A DNA stretch of 63,831 nt, the filler included, from Collodictyon triciliatum (Eukaryota): NCBI GenBank assembly GCA_043381765.1. It is 6 parts of 6 records of this genome, joined end to end, with 100 filler letters (N's around TTAATTAATTAA, not from the genome) between each part and the next. Parts side by side here need not be neighbours in the genome. Positions count along the whole stretch, not along the records: positions 1 to 26,597 come from JBHJMP010000735.1; 5 more parts are not named here. One strand, 5' to 3'. A program made the position numbers and the translations under genes. Shown in pieces: positions 13,601 to 25,000 of this stretch. The notes below the pieces were generated by a model. The model was not told where the DNA came from and made no database searches. It saw only the letters and a list, made by a program, of their open reading frames with translations. Position 1 is the first letter of the stretch. Each line of letters starts with the position of its first letter.

Positions 13601-14573
13601 ACTCTAAGCACAGGCGGAAACAAACAAGATTACATAAAAGCCAGCAACACGAATCAGACACTCCTGCAAATATCGTTTATAAAGGCCTTCCAGAAAATGA
13701 AATGTGCATTTTGCATATATTAACATGCTTATATGCATGTGCGCGTATGGATGTATGAGTAGTTATTATGAAACAAAAGATAACCTTTTGTGAATCGAAT
13801 ATAAGTAAGCGCCAACTACGAATGACAGCGAAAATGAGTTTGCCAGTTTCCATGTTCACATCCGCTTTCCATTGCATCTGGCAACGATACACTGCGTTCT
13901 GACCGTGGAAAAACAGATACGAAATACTTTTGAGTAGATTTGGCTCAGAATATATGACTAGATATCCACAGCCACTAAATAGCAAAGGATAGAGGAGAAA
14001 AAAAAAGACTAAGCTGTTCATATTTTTTTCAGAACGAGCATGCAAAGGAACATTACCATTTCAGCAGCTGTTTGGAAAAACCCGTGTTCAACGGCATCAA
14101 GCTTGTCAAAAGTCGGGGCTGCATAGACATGTATAATTGATGTGAATTTCGAATTAAAAAATTATATATGAACGAAAAAAAATGTACCATTCATTATGAT
14201 TCATCAGATTATTTATCATACATGCAGATGATTGCAAAGCCAGCGTGACTCTTACGAGGAATTTTTGATAGGAACTTATCCATCTTCTCATCGCCGGACT
14301 TTTCGAACATCGCGGTTATCGGCCGCATGATTGATGCGATTGCCTTTCCACCTTCAGACGCAAAATGGATACTAGAGCGAGCCGCAGAATTACGTGGCTG
14401 TTGCACAGCTGCCTCCGTGTAATTCTCGGAGGATCTGGTTGAACTGTCGAGCGAGTTCTGTGGCAGGGCTTCGCTCCTTCTCCTTTGGGCGATTCTCGAG
14501 TTCATCCCACTAAAAGATGTTTGAATATCCGCGCTGGTCCTCTAATGCAATCCAACAAGGTGTGAAATTCAAA

Positions 14574-14672
<99 letters not shown>

Positions 14673-16384
14673 AACAAAAAATCCATGAGAAAACAAAATT
14701 TATCTTTCCTTTCCAAACAACGCTTTTTATAGATTCGACGGGTATTTTATCATAAGTAGATATTACCAACCAGGCATTATTACTAATTTTATTATCACTC
14801 TCATTATTTTAGTTTGAGTGATGGGAACCACAAACAAGTATATATTTTTCTTTTTCTTTCATTCGACTATATACACTTACACGGTCGCTTTGAACCGAAC
14901 TCGCGAGCGACGGCGAAGCAGATTGCGCAGCTCTCCCAGGCCACTGCGCACACACATCCCGCAGCCTCATCAGAAACATCTGGGCAGAATCACTCAGAAC
15001 CGGGTCTTGAATGCGCAGATCACAGACGATCTCTGCAATGGTGGGATGCGATTCGGGAGTGGCCAGAAGCGTCGCAAGAATCTCGGCCGATTTCCGCAGA
15101 AGCGCATCGATGCTTTGCAAGTCAGCCTCGGCCGCAGTCGGAGCCGGGGTTTCTTTTGTGGGCAAGGCGTTTCCGGCTGTTGCTGGCGTTATTATTGTGG
15201 TTGTCTTCAAGGACGAAGCCGAAGAAGCCGAAGAAGCCGGAGGAGAAACTGGAGAAGCTGGAGAAGCTGATTCTGTGGGCGTCAAAAGCACGGTCGAGTC
15301 GGACCCAAACAGCGTCGTCTTCAGGGCTTTGGGGAGTCCCATGAGGCGACTCGCGCCAGACTTGCCAAGCTTGCTCTCCATGAATGCGGGCGGACTGCGA
15401 GGCGGGTGTGGTTAAGTGGATGCGAAGCAGAGGGTTTGGTCGCAGCCTGCTTTGCTTTTGCCATTCTCTGGATGCATTTCCTTAATTCGTTCTTGTTTTT
15501 TGCCTTTTGCTTTTGTACTACTATTTGTTATTACTATTTTTTCTTGCTCGGAGTCGGAGTAAATGAATCCGGATTCTAAGGAATCTAGATTCTGAAAACC
15601 CGTATCTTTTGTTCCGTTCCTGTTTCCTTTTTTGGTTTGTTTTGTTAAATAGATCGTGCTTTCGATTGGTGATCGAAAAGAATCTCGAAAAAACTGAAGA
15701 AAAAAAATGAATAAAAGAAACTCACGAATCACAGGCTCGTAAGATGTCGTCGGTTGAGACTGGAGCTGCCCAAAGTGCTGAAGCTGTGGTCGACATTCCA
15801 CTGACTAGTCAAGCGCCAGTGTCTCGTAATTCTTTTCTTTTCTTATTGTTTTTTTGTTTTTTTGTTTTTTTGTTTTTATGTTTTTATGTTTTTATGTTTT
15901 TATGTTTTTATGGTTTTATTGTTTTATTGTTTTCAGGTTTTTTTGTTTTTATGTTTTTATGTTTCTATGTTTTCTTATGTTTTTATGTTTTTCTTATGTT
16001 TTTATGTTTTTATTATGTTTTTATGTTTTCATGTTTTCATGTTTTTATGTTTTTATGTTTTTATGTTTTTATGTTTTTATGTTTTTATGTTTTTATGTTT
16101 TCATGTTTTTATGTTTTCATGTTTTTATGTTTTCATGTTTTTATGTTTTCATGTTTTTATGTTTTCATGTTTTCATGTTTTCATGTTTTCATGTTTTCTT
16201 GTTTTCTTGTTTTCTTGTTTTCTTGTTTTCTTGTTTTCTTGTTTTCTTGTTTTCTTGTTTTCATGTCTTTGCTTCTATTTGTCTCATTTGACTACGATGC
16301 ACAGCAACTTTTTTTGACAACGGGCCGGTGGCGCATGTATCTTCGAGCAATTTCCCTTCGAGAGACACCTTTTCCAGTCGTCAT
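8166..16384 (-). CDS. Multi-PH-domain / actin-fold fusion protein (low-complexity N-terminus, 4 PH-like domains, C-terminal actin-related domain), ~1200 aa
   Basis: Actin motifs in exons 10853-8166: [132 protein letters not shown]. PH-like units in exons 13899-11444, e.g. WKGYLTKKEKGLLQKDKEYWFSLSKGKLFCFK and the helices QMKRWHSCLSDSI and AAQWRDDIKKAI. All junctions close in frame with GT-AG. The start at 16384 is less certain; an alternative is Met at ~15797. Confidence 0.85.
8411..8502. repeat. (ATTAG)n, i.e. (CTAAT)n on the transcribed strand, in the last PH-actin intron
   Basis: Direct reading. Confidence 0.95.
9089..9557. repeat. AG-rich compound repeat ((GA)n, (GAAA)n, 12-mers), spanning a gap
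   Basis: Direct reading. Confidence 0.9.
10321..10657. repeat. (GTCAAA)n and (GATA)n on either side of a gap, intronic
   Basis: Direct reading. Confidence 0.95.
11838..11942. repeat. (AAAAT)n intronic
   Basis: Direct reading. Confidence 0.95.
14571..14673. repeat. (AAAT)n intronic
   Basis: Direct reading. Confidence 0.95.
15848..16266. repeat. Degenerate 8-bp array TTTTTATG/TTTTCATG/TTTTCTTG, intronic
   Basis: Direct reading. Confidence 0.9.
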
Positions 16385-16895
16385 TCATGGGGTGAAAACC
16401 AAAGTCGGAAGGTGAACCCATGATTTCAATTATCGATTTTAATCTGTTTTTTTTTTTTTCACTCGTTTTCATTACTGTTCACCAACGTTGAACTACTCAT
16501 ATTATGTATATCTTGAATACAGCAGGCTTCGAATGCACCAGTTGATATTCCAAAAAAGCCTCGAGCTGCGAGTGATGGGTAATATTGTATTATGATGACA
16601 AAGGAGGGCGCACATTTTGTTGAAAGTGGTGACCCTGAATTAGATGAAAATGTGCTTTGTATCATATTCATTTATTTATTTGTACGAATTCAAAGGCAAG
16701 AGTTCCTCCACAAAGGTACATGGCGGCCGGATGGTCTAGATCTCGCGAGGTGCTTTGTTTAAAAAAGCCAATAGAATTACCAAATCATGTGGCCATCAGA
16801 GCCTCTTTACTTGGCTTTATTTATCATAATATCTCGCCATATTTACAAACACAACCCTTTCTAGTGCCGAGGTTCTAGCAAACACATACATCGAG
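16385..16895. promoter_or_regulatory. Putative bidirectional promoter region (~0.5 kb) between the PH-actin gene and the GPCR-PIPK gene
   Basis: Gap-free interval between two divergent predicted start codons. No specific element identified. Confidence 0.45.
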
Positions 16896-17419
16896 ATGAT
16901 TCACGCGCAGGATATCCACGAAACAAAGCGAGTATTGGCTGTGCAGATATCACAAATTCTGCGGGTTTTCAAAATCACTGGGTTTTGTGCCTGTGTTTCG
17001 ATGTTGTGTCTTGTTGCACTCATCGTAGCAGATTTGGCTGCCTCCCATGAGCTTTCTGTCAAGTATTACTACTTTGCAGGCGCAATTCTCACTATAGTAT
17101 CGTGCATCTACATTTTCACCACGTATCGCATTCTTGGGAACCTAAACAGACATCCGGGCTCCCTTCATGTCTGGGGAGCAGCGTGCGATTTACTCATTTC
17201 TCTCCCTTTCATCATTCAACTTTTTGACGACTCCTCTGAAAACACGGAAATCAACAGTAAAGGTGGAAATACCTGTCAGGCGATGAGCTTTCTAACTCAG
17301 GTTTACCTTTCACTGATCGTATCGATTTCAGATGAGCTCAAATCAAATGATTTGGAACCACATGTTCTGCTTTTATTCTAGTCTATCCAGCCAAGGCCTG
17401 TTCAGAAGATTATGAGTTA

Positions 17420-17515
<96 letters not shown>

Positions 17516-17643
17516 NNNNNNNNNNNNNNNNNNNNNNNNNNNNNNNNNNNNNNNNNNNNNNNNNNNNNNNNNNNNNNNNNNNNNNNNNNNNNNNNNNNNN
17601 NNNNNNNNNNNNNNNTCTGTAGGTTTTTTTTTTATATTTTTTT

Positions 17644-17694
<51 letters not shown>

Positions 17695-20600
17695 CTTCGT
17701 AGGTTGGCCTGTTTGGCTCGGTCACATGGTTCGGTCTTCTCTCATGGGATCTATACCAGACTTTGCGTCAACCTTTTTTCAACCATGCGAAGCAACTTAA
17801 ACTCTATCACGTATTTGCCTGGACTGTTTCCTTTTTATCTGGCGTGATTCTCTTGTCCAGGGATGAGGCAGGAGTCTCGAATGTATGTGTCTGCTGGGTT
17901 GCTTCGAAATCTACAGATGAGGTTGTCACATTCTAGCTTATCATTTTGCTATTTGTACTTTGTTTTTTCTTTTTGGAATGAAATTCATGATGATGACTCG
18001 CAAGTTCTATCAAATTTATAAGTCATATATATATATCCATTTATTTGCTATTCTAAAATAAAAGAAAATATTGGTGCTTGGAATACTGCTTCTTCGACAT
18101 CCACGTTAATCCATTTATTTATATTTAGATAAACGAAGTCATGTGGTTCCTTTACTACTCATTTGTCTGCATCTATTTTATTTTTTCGATCTGTGTCCTA
18201 ATTTACTGCGTCATGGAATGGAAAGTTTGGTTTCGAGGACGAAATAGCGACCTCTTTGCATCTATTGTTTGTCATTCGTCTATTCTACTTACTCTTTAAA
18301 TCAAAACATCATTTTATATTTCATAAATTTTATTTTATACCATAACCAAGTTTTAGAGAACAAGAGCTTATTGCAACGTTTTTTTTCTTTTCTTTTAAAT
18401 CACAGCAAGACCAAGCCACCTTGGCCACTGTAAAAATGAGGAAGACCATTATCCGGAACAATGCTCTTCATATCTTGAGCTATTTGGCCTACTTTGCAAT
18501 CCTCTTTTTGCTTTACAACACTTACGACAAAGTTCGAGAGCAAGGTGAATCAGATGACGGTACCACATTTGTTGAGTGCCACCCTGAGGAAGTAATTTTT
18601 TTTTCTCACTGATAGAGCCTATCACATAAATAGTATCTGCGTCGTCGAAATGTACCACTAATGCAGTATGAAATATAGCAAAAGTTTATTTGGCTGTTGA
18701 AAGTGTTTGCCCTCTTGGTGAGTAGTAAAGGTGTTGTCGATGCTATTGTGTGGTATTACAAAAGTAATCTCGGTAACCTTACGCTTGAGGTCAGGATAGC
18801 ATACATATCTATTTGTTTACTCTATTTTCTTCTCCCTCTCTCTTTTATTGATATTTACATATCATTTAACTACCTGTCGTGACGAATTCAAGGTAACTGA
18901 AATATCACTTTCAACCCCAGCTCGCTCTCCAAATCGAAATCCCTCAGCAATATCGAAAGGATGTGATGCGCTGTACGTTGACAGGGATTCGCGACACCGC
19001 GCTCATGGCTGCCGGGCCAAATATCGAAGACATATATCACCAACGATATTTCCAATGTCTGCTTGAAATGAACGTCCAAGGAACTAGCACCCAGTACAGC
19101 TTTATCTTTAGGTCTTACGCGATGCTTGTTTTCCGCCACATCTGCGAAGCGAGCGGCATCACCACTGAAAGCTACATGCAAAGGTATTTATCCACCAAGT
19201 TTCCCTCTCCGTTGATTTATTATTCCAGACGTATGTTTGGCTGCATTTTATTCTTAAATTATGGCAATATCCCATATCAAGATTAGCAGCTTTTAATGAC
19301 CGTTTTGATTGCAACTAGTTTATGTGGCTCATCACGCGGGGAACTTAGCATCACCGAAGATTTAGTGGAGATGTTTTCCGAGGGCAAAAGTGGCTCGTTC
19401 CTGTACTTTTCAAAGGACAAACGATTCATCATCAAAACCATGTCGCATGGAGAAAAAGATGTTCTCCTCAGTGTGCTCAAGGAATATCACAACTACATCA
19501 GCCGACATCCAGACACGCTCATATCACGATTATACGGCCTCCATTCAATCGTTATCTCTGGCGTTGTCATGTTAGTATTTCCCTTAGAAATGTCCAGACA
19601 TGAACAACTATCGAAATGACGAATTCGCTTGCAAACATTCTTTTTATTGCCATACTTTACATATGCGTACTTGCGATATGGCCTCTTCTAGTTATTGATT
19701 GAATACTGAAACAGGTATTTTGTTGTTATGGAGAATGTTATTCACATACCCTCGGACCGACTCCGCGTGTTCACTTTTGATATGAAGGTGCTTTTTTTAT
19801 TTGTATTATCAAACACTGATATGAGAGTAGTTTGGCTTAGCAGTTGTATTTTATTCTAGTGACAATTATCATAATTAGTCTTCCAGGAGAGTGAAAGCTC
19901 TTATCATTCATAATCACTCCAAATAAAAAGAAGAAACATAAATATTACATAAAGGATAGGTAGAAGTCCATTTTAATTAATCTTGTTTTCTCTCATTTTC
20001 AAGGGCTCGTGGATTGACCGAGAAGTCGGGCTGGACGAATTGAATAATCCCAGCAGCCAAAAGAATGAAAAAGACAAAAGCAAGGGCAGAGGAAATCTCC
20101 GCGTCGATGGGCTTCGATTTGTATGCATTTTAACAAACACTATCATCAGCTGGTTGATGTCCCAAACCGTTATTTTTTTTTTTTTTTTTGTGGATTATTA
20201 TTATTCTGATTATTATTTATAACTTATGTAATTCGCAATCAACCTGTGCAATGTCCCGAAATCAGACGACAATCAGCAACGAGAGCGAATGCGAATCTGC
20301 CGAGCCCGCCACTTCACATATCCCAAAGGGGCCCATCAAAAAGACACTCAAAGATATCGATTTCGCCAAAGTGATTGGAAACATATCTGTTGGGGCGGAA
20401 ATGAAGGCACGTCTCGTCCGCCAAATCGAAGAGGACACGCAGTTCCTTTGCGGTCTTGGAATCATGGGTATGCTGCGAATACAGCCTATATTGAAAATAT
20501 TATATTTGACACCATGACGCACAACGAACCCAACGATAGTGTTGATAAAAAAATGATAATAGAGTTCGTGATGATGTTGATACTCTTGTTTGCTATATAT

Positions 20601-21190
20601 CTAGTAAGAAAAATGCAAAGAAAGCACAAGTTAAACATGGTGTAAAATAATGTAAAATATACGCTACTAGTACCATAAATAAGCAAAACAAAAATTAAAT
20701 CATACGTCAATGATAACATAGATGAAAACAAAAAAACAAAAAAACAACTTAAAATGTCACTACAAATAACACCACAGACTACTCGCTCCTGCTCGCCGTG
20801 AGCGAAGGCGCAAAACCAACGCGCGACCGCAAAGCCTCGCGACGCCAATCCAGCTCGAGCTTCGGGGCCATCGGAGCCGCATCGGCTTTTGCTGCGCAGT
20901 CGCCGGGATATTACGGCGGGACACACACGCCCTTCTTCCGCACATACAACGGCGGCATTGAGGAGCACACAGACGAGGAGCGCATGAGCTGCGTGACGTC
21001 CGGGTTGGCCGTGGACCGCGCATTCCACGTGGGCATCATCGACATCTTCCAGGAGTACAATCTCGACAAGAAGGCAGAGCGCTGGGCCAAAGCGAATCTG
21101 CGGTGCAAGGACGTCCGTGGGATTTCGTGCACAATGCCGGAGGATTATGCGCAGCGTTTTGTGGAGATGATGGAGCGCATTTTGAAGTGA
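16896..21190 (+). CDS. GPCR-PIPK: 7TM (cAMP-receptor-like) domain fused to a phosphatidylinositol phosphate kinase domain (RpkA-like)
   Basis: Seven hydrophobic segments with receptor-like motifs (NRHPGSL..ACDLL, CQAMSFLTQ, YHVFAW, CWV, SKGVVDAIVW). Linker YRKDVMRCTLTGI. PIPK motifs GKSGSFLYFSKDKRFIIKT, HPDTLISRLYGLH, FDMK|GS, LKDIDF, DTQFLCGLGIM|DYSLLL, GIIDIFQEY, ISCTMPEDYAQRF. Stop TGA ends at 21190. Confidence 0.95.
17422..17691. repeat. Poly(T) tract spanning a gap, GPCR-PIPK intron 1
   Basis: Direct reading. Confidence 0.9.
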
Positions 21191-22087
21191 TTCTCGTCTC
21201 GTCTATTATTTCTTTCCTCTTTTTAATGTTGCTTTGCGTCACCATGATTGCTCGTGATACTCACTGGTTTGCTATGATTGTGTGTTGTTGCAGGCACTGA
21301 AGATTGGAGGGAGGGCATTTTATATTGGTTTAATCCCTCTATTTTTAAAAAACATTTTTTTTAACTCTTTTTGTTATAAGAACAGAATGCTTTGTCCATT
21401 TTTTATTNNNNNNNNNNNNNNNNNNNNNNNNNNNNNNNNNNNNNNNNNNNNNNNNNNNNNNNNNNNNNNNNNNNNNNNNNNNNNNNNNNNNNNNNNNNNN
21501 NNNNNNNNNNNNNNNNNNNNNNNNNNNNNNNNNNNNNNNNNNNNNNNNNNNNNNNNNNNNNNNNNNNNNNNNNNNNNNNNNNNNNNNNNNNNNNNNNNNN
21601 NNNNNNNNNNNNNNNNNNNNNNNNNNNNNNNNNNNNNNNNNNNNNNNNNNNNNNNNNNNNNNNNNNNNNNNNNNNNNNNNNNNNNNNNNNNNNNNNNNNN
21701 NNNNNNNNNNNNNNNNNNNNNNNNNNNNNNNNNNNNNNNNNNNNNNNNNNNNNNNNNNNNNNNNNNNNNNNNNNNNNNNNNNNNNNNNNNNNNNNNNNNN
21801 NNNNNNNNNNNNNNNNNNNNNNNNNNNNNNNNNNNNNNNNNNNNNNNNNNNNNNNNNNNNNNNNNNNNNNNNNNNNNNNNNNNNNNNNNNNNNNNNNNNN
21901 NNNNGTAACACGCAATTAACAATATTGAAACTTAAGAGAATCATTTCATGTGAATTCGTACTTATTGTAACAGTATGTCAAAATGCGACGCCACAATGGT
22001 TTTGTTATGACTGCAGATTTCGCCCGGATTGCTTGGCTCGAGACCTTTTGCAAATAGTTCAGTGACCAAACCAACTCATCATGGTTC

Positions 22088-25000
22088 ACTTTTACGTGTT
22101 TGTTACTTTTTTTTTTATGTATATAATTACATTTGCACACAGTTGAGGTAAGGAGATAAAAAAAAAAAAAAGAAGGGGATTTCGTGCATTAAAATAAGCT
22201 GAGTGTATGTTGAGTTGTGCTGGATTTAAAGTTGAATCAAGCTGCGATTTTTGATTATTTGTCTTTGTCTTTTCTTTTGGTATTAAAACGTAGCTTTGAT
22301 TTCTGCCACTTACTTTTGCATTTGTGTCCATCTGCATCATTCGCTTTGCTGCGAAGTTTGCGTGTGCATCGTCCGTCAGTGCCGAACGGAGGGATTCGAT
22401 TCTTGCAATGTGGCCCTCTGCATCGCTCATGGGCGCGAGTTCGAAGTTGCGCTCAACCTTTTGTGTTTGATGGAAGAGGAAGAGAAAGAGAAAGAGGAAG
22501 AGAAAGAGAAAGAGAAAGAGAAAGAGAAAGAGAAAGAGAAAGAGAAAGAGAAAGAGAAAGAGAAAGAGAAAGAGAAAGAGAAAGAGAAAGAGAAAGAGAA
22601 AGAGAAAGAGAAAGAGAAAGAGAAAGAGAAAGAGAAAGAGAAAGAGAAAGAGAAAGGAGAAAAGATGTGGCAGCTATCAGTCTGATTGACATGTGCGCGC
22701 ATCTCAGACTAGCATCTTAATATTATTTCATATTCTCTTTCAGCTATATTTTCTCTCATTCATAATTTCTCGTTTTTTCTCTGATTCTATTTTCATAATC
22801 CAACAAAGACATCAATTAATAGAGTAGATTTTTGGGGCTGCTGTGTTCTCACCTTCACGACGCGCCCTCCTTTTATTGTATAGCGGATTCCTGACCAAGT
22901 GATGTGGTTGCTGAAAAGATTGTGGATGCTAAATGATATAGTAAAGAAATTTAAATGGACAATCAAAGTCATGAAGTATATATGCAGGCGGCGTGTTTGG
23001 CAGAAAAAATGTAATGCTGTTTTTATATACAGGTTGCGAATTGCAACATTTTTTTATAGGAATTTCGTGGACCACTTAATATCATCAGCTTCATATTAAC
23101 GAAGAGAAGAATAAATGGTTGAGTGTAAATACTCGAACAGTTAATGCATCTGCTTCCTACTTGACATAAAGCGCAGAAAAGACGTGAATGTAGTAGCAGA
23201 ATCCAACCTTCAGCCAGTCGATTTGGACATCAAGTTTCTTTATGCAGATAGAAATTAATGCATGGCAGAATGAAGAAACGATTGTAACAAACAAGGAAGA
23301 GCAATGTGCACCGTTTGGTCATGTTTGTTGTCAAAAATAGTTCTTAAGGTCACATTTTCTCTGGTCAACAAAACATTATATGTATGGATTTCTTTGCGAT
23401 TGAAACAGGTACACGGCTTGGAGAAAGCTCTCTGCACATATCAACGAGAGTGCTCACTGCATAGCGCATCGAAAAAAGAGAAGCTACATACAACACAAGC
23501 ATCACGAGGGACATGGTCGAATTCACTTGGCACTAATTTTAAAGATGGGTTCAATTCAGTAAAGGTTGTAGCAATCATAAAAAGAAGACCGAGATATTCA
23601 CTTTATTTTGTGAAACAGCTTCGACATAATGAAGCTATTCGTGAATCAGATATGTAAACACATATGTGAATAAATGGCGATTATAAAACGTATTCGATTT
23701 TTTTTCGACGATTAGCTTCCTGCTGTGATGAGTTGTCTATATATAAATGTTGTTGGTTTGTACTTGAAATGCTATACTGGAATTTTTCAGCGGAGATGGG
23801 AAAACCATGAGAGCGTTGTATAATCTGTAGGATTAAAATAGTGTGTGAGAGAAGCAGGTGAGAGGTTTCAACATTTCAGTTTTTTTTAGAAAAAGAATAA
23901 GAAAAAGATACGATGATATGAAACAAGTTACGAAAACTTACAAGTCAACTACTTGAACAAACGAAAGCAGCATCGGAAAGGAGTTCATAATCAGAACACC
24001 ATAGTTCACAAGGGCAAGAGATATATTAACCAGTTGGTGATATTGAGATGCATAGGTCAATATATTGAATCCTTGACGGCGCACGAAGTTTAGATATCTG
24101 GGTGATTAAAATAATACACCCACTCAAAATGAAAACTGATTGAATGCATGCAAAAAACCAATCACTTGAATATGTAAGAAAAAAAAAGGTTACGAGAAAA
24201 AAGCATACATGAACATTCAAAAAATAAATAGGAAGGAAAAGTATCAGCACAAACGATGAAAACTTCATGTTGCGGTCAAGAAGGTTTGGAAATATGCAGT
24301 TAAGAGGACTAGATATTAGACGACCCTGAAAAAGAATATTATAATGAGTTGAATATTGCATCAGCAGGTATTAACACTGCGATTAGTGGCACATAAACAT
24401 TCTATTTCAGTATAAAGAAAATTCAAGGAATCCATTTACTGATTTACTTATTCGTTTACCTCTTGCCGACATAGTATACTTAGTATCATGTCATCTGAGT
24501 ACCCTCCATCCCTCCACATGTCGATCAAATTGTATGCGTTTTGGTCCAAGTCAGCTTTTCTGTAAGATGAAAGCGAAGCGTCAGTTTTTAAGGTTCGACG
24601 TTTGATTATAGCGAATAAATCCGTAAATTGGAAAAAAAATATGCGGAATAAAGCAACCACACAAACAAACCGGATAAGCAAACAACCACCCCAAACAAAG
24701 TGAGTGTATTTATCGATGTAGCCTACGATTGCACCGCAACGATAAATAAATGTACAAAGCGACGCGATGGAGGCTCCTTGTGGCGGTAAATCCAGTGTGT
24801 ATCCGCATGCGCAGAAACTCTAAAATTGTATTTGAAGCAACAGTGGGGAAATGTCTCTTGAATTGTAATCCATATCGTTTTAGATAGACTAATAGAGCAG
24901 AAAACAATAAACTAAACCAATCAAATCAGATATGGGGATAATATGAACCATTTTGTGCAAATTGGATACAAAAATGTAGATGGCTTGACATAAAAAAAAA

